Below the pieces are notes generated by a model that saw only the letters and a program-made list of their open reading frames with translations, made no database searches and was not told the origin of the DNA. A program made the translations under genes and the position numbers. A stretch of DNA of 64,000 nucleotides from Chiloscyllium plagiosum (taxonomy: Eukaryota), in contig NC_057716.1 in the NCBI RefSeq assembly GCF_004010195.1, positions 106,196,576-106,260,575 on the forward strand, written 5' to 3'. Positions 12,521 to 26,009 of this stretch are shown piece after piece (position 1 is the stretch's first letter; each line of letters opens with the position of its first letter).

Positions 12521-13402
12521 TAAGGTGGAAATTGATTATGGTTTGGTAGGTGAAGGAATTAAGGGTCAAAATCTTGAATTCTCATTCTTAACAAGCCCCA
12601 TGTCCTGTGAATGAGCTTTTCGGAAGGTTCACAGAATCGAATCAGATTTTAGATACAGCTCAATCACGGTGTCATTGAATGATAGAATTGGTTTGATGGG
12701 CCAAAGAGCCTCCTGGTGACCATTCTGTTGGGGATGTAATTATTTCTGGGTCTTTGGGATGAGGGACCACCTTCTCAACGAGAATAAGGAACTGATTGTT
12801 TCAGACTGGGATGAGGAGAAAGATCTTCCCTCAGAAGGTGGGGAATGTTTGGAATTGCCGATCCCAGAGAGCTGTGGATGCTCCGTGGTTGAATCTACTT
12901 TCAGCTGGAACAGACAGGGTTTTTCGGGAAATCAAGGTCCTTATACAGAATGCAGACCCAAGATCGTCTTTGACTGTATTGAATGTAGAAGTCAAAAAGA
13001 GTGGTGCTGGAAAAGCACAGTCAGGCAGCATTTGACGAGCAGGAGAGTCGACGTTTCAGGCATAAGCTCTTCATTGGAAATGTGGGGGAGGCCCAAGGAG
13101 GCTGAGAGATAAATGGGAGGGGGTTGGGGGAAGGCAATCAGTGGATGGAAGTGGAGGTGATGGTGATAGGTCGGAAAAGAGGGTGGAGCGGATAAGTGGG
13201 ATGGAAGATGGGGGGGGGTAGGACANNNNNNNNNNNNNNNNNNNNNNNNNNNNNNNNNNNNNNNNNNNNNNNNNNNNNNNNNNNNNNNNNNNNNNNNNNN
13301 NNNNNNNNNNNNNNNNNNNNNNNNNNNNNNNNNNNNNNNNNNNNNNNNNNNNNNNNNNNNNNNNNNNNNNNNNNNNNNNNNNNNNNNNNNNNNNNNNNNN
13401 NN

Positions 13403-13912
13403 GAAAGATGTTGTGAAACTTGAAAGGGTTCAGAAAAGATTTACAAGGATGTTGCCAGGGTTGGAGGATTTGAGCTACAGGGAGAGGCTGAATAGGCTGG
13501 GGCTGTTTTTCCTGGAGCATCGGAGGTTGAGGGGTGACCCTATAGAGGTTAACAAAATTATGAGGGGCATGGATAGGATAAATAGACAAAGCCTTTTCCC
13601 TGGAGTCGGGGAGTCCAGAACTAGAGGGCATAGGTTTAGGGTGAGAGGGGAAAGATATAAAAGAGACTTAAGGGGCAACTTTTTCACTCAGAGGGTGGTA
13701 CGTGTATGGAATGAGCTGCCAGAGGAAGTGGTGGAGGCTGGTACAATTGCAACATTTAGGAGGCATTTGGATGGGTATATGAATAGGAAGAATTTGGAGG
13801 GATATGGGCGGGGTGCTGGCAGGTGGGGCTAGATTGGGTTGGGATTTCTGGTTGGCATGGACAAGTTGGACCAAAGGATCTGTTTCCGTGCTGTACATCT
13901 CTATGACTCTAT
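13403..13912 (+). mobile_element. CR1 LINE 3' end
   Basis: LERVQKRFTRMLPGL...NFFTQRVVRVWNELPEEVV; ctctatga tail. Confidence 0.9.
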
Positions 13913-14515
13913 GTTCTCTGAAACGTTCCCCAAGTTGCGTCCTGTCTCCCCAGTGTAGAGGAGACCACACCGATACAGTAGATGACATGTGTGGAAGTAC
14001 AGGTAAATTTCTGGTGGATGTAGAGCGATCCTTTGGGGCCTTGGATGGAGGTGAGGGAGGAGATGTGGGCGCAGGTTTTGCACTTCTTGCAGTGGCAAGG
14101 GAAGGTGCCAGGAGGAGAAGGTGGGTTGGTGGGGGGCGTGGACCTAACACGAGAGTCTGGAACACAGATAGGGTTGGGGAGGGAAACCTATCCCTGTTGC
14201 TGGGGTCTGTTTGTACGTGGCAGAAATGGCGGAGGATGATGCATTGTATTTGGAGGTTGGTGGGATAGAAGGTGAGGACCATGGGGGGTTCTGTCCTTGT
14301 TGCGATTGGAGAGGTGGGGTTCAAAAGCAGAGGTGCGGGAAGTGGAGGAGATGTGCTGGAGGCCATCATCAACCACGTGGGAGGGGCAATTGCGGTCCTT
14401 GAAGTAGGAGGCCATTGGTAGGGTGGAAGGTGAGGACCGGTAGGGAGGGCTCTATCCTTGTTGCGGTTGGAGGGGTGGGGTTCAAGGGAGGAGGTGTGGG
14501 AAGTGGAGGAATTGC
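13913..14515 (-). mobile_element. Penelope-like element fragment (RT C-terminus/GIY-YIG region)
   Basis: Frameshifted LLYTGETGR..ERFREH and PMVLTFYPT; homologous to 46.8-47.36 kb; its terminal repeat lies at about 13000-13225. Confidence 0.75.
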
Positions 14516-14597
14516 ACTGGAATGTAGAAGCAGGTTAGATGGGCTGAGTAGCCTATTCTTGCTGTTTTTAATTCCTCTTTATCTCGGCCTGCTCCAG

Positions 14598-14829
14598 GAC
14601 ACGACCGACGGTGAAGGAATGTCATGCTAACCCCTGGCTCCAGGATAACTACCTGATGAAGCTCCGTCGACAGACGCTTACCTTCACTACCACCCGACTG
14701 AAGGAGTTCCTGGTCCACCACCAGAAGAAGCGATCTGAGACCCTCACTCGGCACCGAGTTCTCCTGCGGTCCTACAGCAACACCACCAGCCAGCCCGGGA
14801 GCCCTGGCGTCCCTCCGGCAACCCAGTGA
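14598..14829 (+). CDS. SPEG: SPEG last coding exon with stop codon
   Basis: ctccag|G; [38 protein letters not shown]...RHRVLLRSY...TQ*. [19 protein letters not shown] is the characteristic SPEG C-terminus. Confidence 0.96.
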
Positions 14830-15989
14830 CCCCTCACCCCCACCCCGAGGAGCTGGGGGAGCGGGGAGGCAATGAGAAATCTGAGGGCAACATTCCAGTC
14901 AACACCTGCATTGCAAACACTTGAACCCATCCTGCCGAGGGACAGAGGGGACAGCCATTCCCCACATCTCGACACCAACGATCAAACCATTAAGGGACAG
15001 ACACCTAGCACTGACAGTTTTCTTTTCTCTATTTATTTAAGACAGTAACCAAGGACGTGAGGTTGTGCATCTTGTGTCCAAATGGTTTTTAGCAAAAGGC
15101 TTTGTCTCCGAATCCAAGGGAGGGAATGGGGGGAGCGAGCAGTGCATAGGTTAGTGACTGGAACCAACTTCATTGTGACCCACTGGGGGCAGAGTGGAGA
15201 CCTGCTTCATAAGAGAATGGACAAAAACCAGCCTTACTGTCGATTTTCCCTTTGAGTATGTGTGCATCCCAGCCCCTTCCCAAACCCTTGCCCCGAATCT
15301 CCGGGACTCCAATCTTCTCAATACTTTGCAGAGAGGGAGACAGAGAGATGGCCCCCTCTCTCATCTGATTTTCCTTTGTACATCGAGAGATGTGAGCAGT
15401 CTCTTTACACAGGGATTCACTTAAGTTTCAATTCTCTCTCAATGAAGTGCAATTTGGTTCTGCAGGACTCCCTGGTCCTCCGAGCCCATCAAGCAGACTC
15501 TGAAGTTTCGGTTCCATACATGACTGAATTTCCAGGGACTAAGAAGATCCCGATCTTGCTCCCACCTTCCCCCAACTCCTTTCTCACCAACCTCCTGGAG
15601 ATTACCTGCACCACCACAGAATTAAGCAGGGATTGGCATCTCTGGGCTGTCAGGTCACACTGGAGAGAGCCATCTCCCTGTCCCTGGAAAGGCTCCTCTC
15701 AACTACCAGCCTCTGAAAATCTATCAGCTCCAACTGAGGGCCCAGGGCAGGGAACTGGTCTAATCTGGTGTCCCTGCTCTCTAGTTTGGGGATATCTTTG
15801 GGCGAGTAAAATGGATGTAAATAGAAATTATGTTGCAAGGCCTTCCTGAAAGACATTTGTAAGATTTTACTTGATGAGTATTGGGCTGAGGGTTGGCCTG
15901 TGTATTTTGCCACACAGTGGAGGGAGGTTGGGAAATGAGGCAGGGAGATTCCTGCATATATTTTCATACTTGTGTGTTTGCAATAGGAT

Positions 15990-16360
15990 GAAGTGTGCGT
16001 GTATGCACACACACACACATACGTACACACACTCATACACACTCTTACACAGAGACATTTGCACAGACTCTCACACTCACACAGTTTCTCATACACACAC
16101 ACACACACATTCTCTCTCTCGCGCGCGCACACACACACACACCCATAGCCATGTACATGCAGTCACAGCCTAACACACACTTGCACGCATTCACGCATGG
16201 TCACACATGCGTGCACATCCACACTGGTGCACACATGCAATGTGTGCGAAGACACATGTAGTAGTGTGCACAGATCTGGTGCGTGAACATCTGTGCACCA
16301 ACACATGCACATGTGTGCTTATCCATGTGCACGGACACATGTGTAAAGATCCGTGCACAC
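15990..16360. repeat. Degenerate (CA)n microsatellite
   Basis: Direct reading. Confidence 0.9.
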
Positions 16361-18258
16361 TGAGACAGACTTGTGACTGGTTTGATTATGACACATGGCC
16401 TACTTTAAATAATTAATTGCACACAGCACAAGAAGATTTCACAAGCAAAAAAAAGGGGAATGTAATTTCCCTTGAATTGATATTTTTAGGGATATTTTGA
16501 GCTCCAGCGATTATTCATGCGACTAAAATCTCTTGCAAGGCAAGTGTGCGAGGTTGCGCTGGAAGTGTAAATCACAATAGCTTGCATCCATCACTTTGGG
16601 AATTTGGGGACTGTCCTGTTGAATGGACGCCCTTGCTGCTATCTTTAGGAACAAAAGGAAAGCTGGGGTGGGGGTGTTTCCCATGGTCAGGAAACAGCGT
16701 CAGAACCCAGCAGCCACAGCTGTCATCACCCACCTCTACCCAGCATTGACCATCAACCGCTTTCCTGCCCGTCATAGATGGCTGGCTCATACCAACTAGC
16801 ACAGCTCAATGCTGAGATCAGGCAAAAATAGCTTACATTTATATGGCGCCTTTAACATGGCAAACGCAGGTGCAATTGTGGGTGGAAACATTTATACCAA
16901 GACAGAGAAGGCAGTGACAAAGCAGATGTTCAAAGTTTGGCGAGAGGGAGAAAGGTCAGTTTTAACTGCGTCGTAAAGTGGGGACAGAGACAGGGAGGGA
17001 ATTCCGCAACTCGGAACCCAAGCAGCTGAAGGTACAGTCCCTGAGACAGAGCAAAGGAGGTTGCCCAGAACTAGAAAGTTCATGGAGATGTGACATGATT
17101 GGGAGCTGTAGGATGTTAGAGAGGGTGAGAGCAAGGGGAGATTTGAGAGAAGCTGTCTTCTGAGAAATAGCTAGCTCCAAGTCATGATGGTTCTGACAAT
17201 CCCAGCCACACTGGGTCATCCTATACTGAGGGGATTTGATGGAATCACTCAGGCCAATTCATCAGCCTGTGTTTGCTGAGAGAACGTTTCCCATCTAATA
17301 CCTTAGGCAGCTGGCTTCATATCCACTGGCAGTTTAGAGAAGAGAAAGGCAACTTGATTGAAACACAGAAAACAGTGAGGGGTCTTAACTGGGTGGTGAG
17401 GGAGAGGATGGTTCCTCTTGTAGAAGGATTTAGAGTTCCAGGTGACTGTTTAAAAATCAGGGCTTATCCATTTTAGACAAAGATGAGAAAAATATTTTCT
17501 GAGTCCTGGATCTTTGGAACTCTCTTCCTCAAAAGGTGGTGGAAATGAATCTTTGAATATTTTTATGACAGCTGGGTAGATTCTTGTTGAATGGGGTGAA
17601 AGGTTACCAGGAATAGTTGGGGATGTAATCAGAACAGCCACCATCTTACTGAGGGGCAGAGTGACCACCACCTAGGTTTTGAATGTTCATATGTTGAGTT
17701 TTTCCAGCACTGTCTGAGTTAATCCTTTGCTTTTGCTCATCCTGACCTTACCATGGATTCTCTGTCTTTATGTGTCTTTGTCCCTCGGTTTTTGTCTATC
17801 TCTCTTTTTGTCCCACACCCGTTCTTTCACATTATATCCCTGACCCCTTATTACTCTCAGGCTCCACTTCACACCCTCTGTCCCCCTCTCACTCCCTCTA
17901 TCCCACTCACTCTCTGTTCTTCACTCTCCCTCTTTCCCTCACACTCTCCTTCTGTCCCTCACTCATTNNNNNNNNNNNNNNNNNNNNNNNNNNNNNNNNN
18001 NNNNNNNNNNNNNNNNNNNNNNNNNNNNNNNNNNNNNNNNNNNNNNNNNNNNNNNNNNNNNNNNNNNNNNNNNNNNNNNNNNNNNNNNNNNNNNNNNNNN
18101 NNNNNNNNNNNNNNNNNNNNNNNNNNNNNNNNNNNNNNNNNNNNNNNNNNNNNNNNNNNNNNNNNNNNNNNNNNNNNNNNNNNNNNNNNNNNNNNNNNNN
18201 NNNNNNNNNNNNNNNNNNNNNNNNNNNNNNNNNNNNNNNNNNNNNNNNNNNNNNNNNN

Positions 18259-19670
18259 CCCGGCCCATATCCCTCCAAACCCTTCCTATTCATATACCCA
18301 TCCAAATGCCTCTTAAATGTTGCAATTGTGCCAGCCTCCACTACTTCCTCTGGCAGCTTATTCCATACCCGTACCACTCTCTGTGTGAAAAAGTTGCCCC
18401 TTAGGTCTCTTTTATGTCTTTCCCCTCTCACCCTAAACCTATGCCCTCTAGTTCTGGACTCCCCGACGCAGGGAAAAGACTTTGCCCATTTATCCTATCC
18501 ATGCCCCTCATAATTTTGTAAACCTCTATAAGGTCACCCCTCAGTCTCCAACGCTTCAGGGAAAACAGCCCTAGCCTGTTCAGCCTCTCCCTATAGCTCA
18601 AATCGTCCAACCTTGGCAACATCCTTGTATATCTTTTTTGAACTCGTTCAAGTTTTACAACATCTTTCCGATAGGACCAGAATTGCACGCAATATTCCAA
18701 CAGTGGCCTCACCAATGTCCTGTAGACCCGCAACATGACCTCCCAACTCCTGTACTCAATACTCTGACCAATAAAGAAAAGCATACCAAACACCTTCTTC
18801 ACTGTCCTATGCACCTGCGACTCCACTTTCAAGGAGCTATGAACCTGTACTCCAAGGTCTCTTTGTTCAGCAACACTCCTTAGGACCTTACCATTAAGTG
18901 TATAAGTCCTGCTAAGATTTGCTTTCCCAAAATGCAGCACTTCGCATTTATCTGAATTAAACTCCATCTGCCACTTCTCGGCCCATCTGGTCAAGATTCT
19001 GTTGTAATCTGAGGTAACCCTCTTTGCTGTCCACTACACCTCCAATTTTGGTGTCATCTGCAAACTTACTAACTGTACCTCTTATGCTCACATCTAAATC
19101 ATTTATGTAAAAGTAGAGGACCCAGCACCGATCCTTGTGGCACTCCAATGGTCACAAGCCTCCAGTCTGAAAAACAACCCTCCACCACCACCCTCTGACT
19201 TCTGTCTTTGAGCCAGTTCTGTATCCAAATGGCTACTTCTCCCTGTATTCCATGAGATCTAACCTTGCTAATCAGTCTCCCATGGGGAACCTTATCGAAC
19301 ACCTTATTGAAGTCCATGTAGATCACATCTACTGCTCTGCCCTCATCAATCTTCTTTGTTACTTCAAAATACACTCAATCAAGTTTGTGAGACATGATTT
19401 CCAATGAACAAAGCCATGATGACTATCACTGATCAGTTCTTGCCTTTCCAAATACATGTACATCCTGTCCCTCAGGATTCCCTCCAACAACTTGCCCACC
19501 ACTAACATCAGGCTCACCGGTCTATAGTTCCTTGGCTTTACCACCCTTCTTAAACAGTGGCACCATGTTTGCCAACCTCCAGTCTTCCGGCACCTCACCT
19601 GTGACTATCAATGATACAAATATCTCAGCAAGAGGCCCAGCAATCACTTCTCTAGTTTCCCACAGAGTCC
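18259..19670 (-). mobile_element. CR1 LINE RT fragment
   Basis: [39 protein letters not shown] in broken frames. Confidence 0.92.
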
Positions 19671-20377
19671 CACATGTTGGACTCCCTGAGACCTTCAGGG
19701 TTTCTTTTGACTGGGACACTCCCAGTAAGCTCCCATTTATCTTCAACTCCTGTGGAATCACAGCAGAGTTGAACTGAGGGGGAGTTAGCCTGTTGTGCCC
19801 AGTGCATTTTCCCTTATGCTCCTGTAAATGCTTCTTTTCCAGTGTTTGTCTGGTTTGTTCCTATTGGATCAGTACCATTCTCCTCTTCTAACTTGATCCC
19901 AGTCCAGCTGTTGTATAGGAATTTACATCCCCTCACACGCAACTTCATTATCAATGTTTCCCTAGCTAAACACTGTGATCCAATCTCCTGGTAATATTCT
20001 CTGAGGAGACTGTACCAGCGTTTCTCTGGGCTATCTCTGAGGTCCAAATTGATCAAACCTAGTCTGATGCTGATCTATCCTTTCAGTAACCTCCTGCCAA
20101 ACCATGCATTCTGCCCCTGGGTCCCATGTCCTGGATTCGACTCGATCCTCCAGCAGGATTAAAGCTCATGTGAACTGATTTGTTTGCCACCAATATCCAT
20201 GTGCAACAATCTGATTAATTAGGAGAAGGTTATTTGGCCCCTCGGATCTGCTGAGCCATTCAATAAGTCCACATTTCCAACCCCAACACCCCATGACCTT
20301 TGACTCCCTTCCCCAGCTCATTCTCACCATTGCTTCTCTGTCTCTCTCCCTCCTGTATGGGGAGGAGCCGGTATGGG

Positions 20378-20792
20378 CCTGGGGTGGACAAAGTTAAAAA
20401 TCACACAACAGGTTATAGTCCAACAGGTTTATTGGAAGTACAAGCATTCAGAGTGATGCACCTTCAGGTAGTTGTAGAACAGGATCATGACACAGAATTT
20501 ATAGCAAAAGATTACAGTGTCATGCAACAAATTATATATTGAACAAACCTAGATTGTTGTTAACTCTAAACATTTTAACCCATTCTATCCATTCTAAGAG
20601 ATGAAAGAGAACAACAGTCTAGGTTTGTTCAATATACCATTTCAGCTGCCTGACACTTAATCTTTTGCTATAAATTGTGTCTTATGATGTTGCTCCACAA
20701 CAACCTGATGAAGGAGCAGCGCTCTGAAAGCTAGTGCTTCCAAATAAACTTGTTGGACTATAGCCTGGTGTTGTGTGATTTTTAGCTTTGTC
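20378..20792. mobile_element. Penelope terminal repeat (second family), inverted pair
   Basis: aaaatcacacaacaggttatagtccaacagg...and its reverse complement; hammerhead motif at 20703-20736. Confidence 0.7.
20703..20736 (+). ncRNA. Minimal hammerhead ribozyme motif (Penelope-associated)
   Basis: AC-CTGATGA-a-GGAGC-agc-GCTCT-GAAA-GCTA-GT; palindromic AGCT at stem III. Confidence 0.55.
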
Positions 20793-21764
20793 CCTCCTGC
20801 AGTTCACCTTCACCCATGTTACCTCTCTCACGACGTGTCTTGGTTTCTCTCAGTCTCCCAATGTGTTTCCACCCTCTCCAGTGTCTTCCATCTCTCCTAC
20901 AGACTCACTCTCTCTCCTCCACTTCAGTTCTCTGTTCCTCACACTCAGTTTTCCAGAACCAATGCACACTCCTCACTGGCCTCTTTCCTCTTGACTGATG
21001 GTGGTGAACTCCCAGTCCAGAGAGCTGAACACTGACACACAGTAGGCTCAGTCTCAGCAATGAAGATGGGGATAGTTAGCAGGACATGTGTGATCCCACC
21101 TCCTTGTACACAGAGTAAAGCTGTCAGTGGGTTTCTTTGGTGTCATTAATAACCATTAATCAATGGTTTTAAGTAAAAAAAAAGTGGATATGATGTAAAG
21201 CTGCTTAAACTGCCAGTAATTTAAGATTATGATGTAGAATGCTATGAGCGTATTTGTGTATATGCAGTATGAAGATGCCAGACTGATTTAGAATACCTTG
21301 AAAATAATTGTGTACACTTATTTATAAAGCCATACTGTGATCTAGAACACGTGCACATTGTAGTATTAAGAATGCTAACGTCTGGTTTAGAACCTAATTG
21401 ATGGTATTGTGTACAAGTCATGTTTCTAATGCTGGACTGGTCAAGGACAGTTTAAATTATCTATGTGTACATGTGGTCTTTCCAATGCCCTGGCTGTAAT
21501 GTGATGACAGGGATGCACTATCAATTTTTTGAAAGGACTCCAGATGGTTTTTCACTGAGTATCTAATCGATGCGAATGACTGAAACTGATGTAGTATCTT
21601 TGGGTTTGACGGTTGCTGTTTGTTCTGGTGTGCAGCAGAGGCATGACAGCTGAGCTAAATAAAGATAGACAGAAACCTGACTGCAGTCATCGTCCACATT
21701 CAATCTATTGACAGCAACTACATTGGGTAACTACCCAGAGATTCCTGATAGATCCCATAAATGA

Positions 21765-23215
21765 TAAACCCCACCCCGAACCCCTCAATTAGATTCCTGC
21801 CTAACTCAATCCTTGTATCTTATACTATATATACACCACTCCAAACGCCTCGAATAGATTCCAGTCTGTGACTCACTCTTGGGTATCTTATTCTATATAC
21901 AGACCACCTAAACCCCTTGATTAGATTCCAGTCTGGAACTCCCACCTGGGTATGTGTTATATATATAAACCACACCGAACCCCTCGATTAGATTTCAGTC
22001 TGTAACTCATTCCCAGGTATCTGTTATTCTATATATACACCACCCCGAACCCCTGGATTAGATTCTAGTCTGTAACACCCTCCCGGATATCATATAAATA
22101 AACCACACCGAATGCCTTGTTTAGATTCCAGTCTGTAATTCACTCACGGGTATCTGTTATTCAAATATTAACCACCCCAAGCCCGTCAATTAGATTCCAG
22201 TCTGTAACTCAGTACTGGGTAACTGTTACATATAAACCACACCGAACACCTCGATTAGATTTCAGTCTGTAACTCACTCCCAGGTATCTGTTATATATAT
22301 ATAAACCACCACAAACCTTGTAATTAGACTCAAATCTGTAACTCACTCCCGGGTATTTGTTATTCTATATATAAACCACATCGAATGCCTCAAGTTAGAT
22401 TCCAGTCTGTAACTCACTCCTGGGTATCTGTTGTATATATAAATCACCGTGAATGCCTTGATTAGATTCCAGTCTGAAACTCACTTCCGGGTATCTGTTA
22501 TTCTATGTACAAACCATCCCGAACCCCTCGATTAGATTCCAGTCTGTAACTCACTTACATGCTTCTGTTATTCTACATATAAAGCACCCTGAACCCCTCA
22601 ATGAGACTTCTGTGTGTAACTCCCTCCCGGGTATCTGTTGTTCTATATATAGACCCTGAACTCCCTGATTAGATTCCAGTCTCTAACTTACTCTTCGGTG
22701 TCTGTTATTCAATATTTAAATCACCCCTCGATTACATTCCTGTCTGCAACTCATTCCCAGGTATCTATTATTCAATATATAAACGACCCCAAACCCTTTA
22801 ATTAGATTCTAGTCTGTAACTCCCTCCCGGGTATATGTTATTCTGTATAGAAACCACCCAAACCCCTCGATTAGATTCCAGTGTGTAACTCACTCACAGA
22901 TATCTGTTATTCTGTACATAAACCACCTTGAGCCCCTTGGTTAGATTCCCATCTGTAACTCACTCTTCTACACAAACTCCCCAAATCCTTCTATTAAATT
23001 CGCTCCTGAAGTCTATTATTCTCGACATAAATCTCTTTGAGATTCCAGTCTTTAACTAATGCCCAGGTATCTGGTCTTTCATACATAAATCTCGGACTCC
23101 TTTTACTAGATTCCAGCCTCCAATTCACTCCCGGGGATCTGTTATTCTATATGTAAACTACCCCAAACCCCTCAATTAGATTCCAGTCTGTCATTCACTC
23201 CCAGATATCGGTTAT
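21765..23215. repeat. Minisatellite, about 67-70-bp unit, about 20 copies
   Basis: ccaccccgaacccctcgattagattccagtctgtaactcactcccgggtatctgttattctatatataaa repeated. Confidence 0.92.
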
Positions 23216-23239
23216 CTGCCAACCCCTACATGTAAACTG

Positions 23240-23475
23240 CACCTCCTCCAGTCCCTACACCCACTCCCTATCTCTGTAACCCTCTCCAGCCCCTACACCC
23301 CCTCCCTATCTCTGTCACCCCCTCCAGCCCCGACACCCCCTCTGCATCTCTGTAACCCTCTCCAGTCCCCTACAATCCACCCTTTCTCTGAAACTTCCTC
23401 CAGCCCCTACATCCTCTCCCTATCTCTGTCCCCTCCTCCAGTTCCTACACCCCCTCTCTATCTCTGTCACCTCCT
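23240..23475. repeat. About 38-bp C-rich minisatellite
   Basis: cctccagcccctacaccccctccctatctctgtaac repeated about 6 times. Confidence 0.85.
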
Positions 23476-24939
23476 ATATCCTTCTGTGGCTGTGAATGTA
23501 AAACATCTTCCCTGGTTTTAATTGTTCATTTCTTCATCCTGTCAAATCTTCTTACCTTTGTGTCGTGTCTGGCTCTGTCTTCTACATTTTAGATTTGCCC
23601 TTTTATCATCTCCGATCCATGATCTTCCTGATGCTGTAATCTTGCTGGAGATTTATTCCTTGGTCCTTGCCTTTTCCCCTGTAGCCATTCCTCATGCTGT
23701 GTGGTGGCTGTAGAACAATCCTCTGTGTGAGTAGCAAGTGCTCCCGTTTTTGTCCCTGTTTGTTTCTGCCTGGTCCTGGATGTGTCTAGTGTAGTTTTCC
23801 TTTCTCTGCAGGTACCTTTCATGTGCCTAAGCTCTCAGCCCAAGCTCTGACTCTACAGACTCTCGAAAGACTCCAAACGCATGAGGGGTATCTCAGTGAT
23901 TGGTCTTGTGCTATTCCGCACCCTCATTCTCCCTCTGCTCACCACCCTTGGTGTCAAGACAGCAACTTGGACCTGTGCCCTGTTGTTCCCTGCAGACTGT
24001 GCCCCCCCCCCCCACCCCCCCCACCAACCATGTCCCAGCCCTTACACTTACTGACCATGCCTGTATCTTCTTAAATGTTCTGAAAATGCTGGACTCCCTG
24101 GCTTTCTCAAAAACAGATTCTCCTCAAACGAATATCTCGAGGGATTTCAGTTAAGAATCCACCCCTCCTCCCGCTGCTCACCGTGGTGTATAATCCATGG
24201 CTTCCATCCATTACCCTTTCTATACTTTCTCAACATCACGTTCACCAATCGTTAGCGAGCCCCTGATGGAGCACTGCCACAAAAATACAAGCAAACCCTT
24301 TTACAGGAAGCTTACAAAAACATGAATGGAGATATACTCGACCCAAGTAGCGTTCTCAGGGGATGATGGACCCCTGGGTGGGGGTTGTAACTGCGAAGGA
24401 GGGGCAGGAAGTCTGGCACTATAACCCCCAGTGATGGACCTTGCCTACATGGGGTGTCCATAGACAAGGAGCAGGGGCTGAAGTGCAACACACTGAATTC
24501 CTCCTTTCTACACAGAGTTGATGGACCTGTTTGAATCACTGTAGCTCCAGGATGAACCACTCATGTGTCTTCTCATTAAAGAAGAGGTTGAACTGGACCC
24601 TTTCCTATGCCCTGAAATCCACACTCAGGCAGTAGTCACAGGGAAGTGCTGAGGAACATGGATCCCAGCTGCCTTTCTGTGTCCAGGGGGTTGTGTCTTC
24701 ACCCCTGTGTCAGAGCAATGTGGGTTCGAGTCTTGGTCTAGAGGCTAAAACACACCCTCCCAAGTACTGTACTGAGGGAGTGCTGCACTGTCTGTTAATA
24801 GGATCCCTACACTGTGAAAGCAGGCCATTCAGCTCATCCAGCCCACACCAATCCTCTGAATCACATTGCAGCCAGATCCACCTCCCCCCCACCCCCCATC
24901 CTAACTCTGACTTTCCCATTGCCAATCCACTCCAACCTG

Positions 24940-25155
24940 CACATCCCTGAACACTATGGGGCAATTTAGCATGGCCAGTTCACCTAACCACATCTTTGGA
25001 CTGTGGGAGGAAACTGATGCATCCGGATGAAACCCACGCAGAGACAAGGAGAATGTGCAAACTCCACACAGACAGTCGCCCGAGACTGGAATCAAACCCT
25101 GGTCCCTGGCACTGTGAGGCAGCAGTGCTAACCACTGAGCCACCGTGACACCCCT
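24940..25155 (-). mobile_element. HE1-like V-SINE
   Basis: Reverse complement of tRNA-like head (gtggctcagtggttagcactgctgcctcacag) plus V-domain. Confidence 0.8.
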
Positions 25156-25317
25156 GCTGCCTGTTGGATGAGGCCTTAAACTCAGGCCTTGTCTGGCCTT
25201 TCGGGTGAATGTGAAAGATTCCACAGCATTGCTCGAGAAACAATGGGATCTATTTAGTTCTAATGTCCTGGGCCAATAATAATCTCATGTCACTAAAAGA
25301 GATGGTTCTCACAAGAA

Positions 25318-25615
25318 CCAGAACTCGAGGGCATAGGTTTAGGGTGAGAGGGGAAAGATATAAAAGAGACCTAAGGGGCAACTTTTTCACGCAGAGGGTG
25401 GTGCGTGCATGGAATGAGCTTGCAGAGGATGTGGTGGAGGCTGGTACAATTGCAACATTTAAGAGGCATTTGGATGGGTATATGAATAGGAAGGGTTTGG
25501 AGGGATATGGGCCGGGTGCTGGCAGGTGGGACTAGATTGGGTTGGGATATCTGGTCGGCATGGACGGATTGGACCAAAGGGTCTGTTTCCATGCTGTACG
25601 TCTCTGTGACTCTAT
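25318..25615 (+). mobile_element. CR1 LINE 3' end
   Basis: TRGHRFRVRGERYKRDLRGNFFTQRVV plus tail. Confidence 0.88.
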
Positions 25616-26009
25616 AATTCTATAATTACTGTTGTGGAATCTTGTTTCCACATTAATAGTTAAATATTGGCATTGTCTGATGTTCTGAAAGGTACTATAT
25701 AAAGGCAATTTATTTAGTTTGGAGTGGAGATAATCGTGAGGTGATAGACTCACTGGACTGGTAATCTGATGAAGGGCTCCTGCCCGAAACATCGATTTTC
25801 CTGCTCCTCAGATGCTGCCTGACCTGCTGTGCTTTTCCAGCACCACTCTAATGTTGTGGGGACGCAGGTTCAAATCCCACCACATCTGCTGGTGGGATTT
25901 AAATCTGATTAATAAATCTAGAATTGACAGCTAGTCTGAAAACTAACAGTAATTATTGTAAAAACCTATTGGGTTCACTAACATCCCTGGGAGAAAGATT
26001 AATAATACA

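Larger units (their letters stand above)
14830..21690 (+). other. SPEG: Putative long SPEG 3'UTR ending at AATAAA 21658-21663
   Basis: No canonical poly(A) signal seen in unique sequence right after the stop; 21130-21690 is unique, U-rich and TGTA-rich with AATAAA, like an mRNA 3' end. Extent inferred. Confidence 0.4.

Noticed and set aside
21765-23215. Regularly spaced repeats resembling a CRISPR array
   Set aside because: The whole unit repeats with no unique spacers; vertebrate minisatellite; no cas genes.
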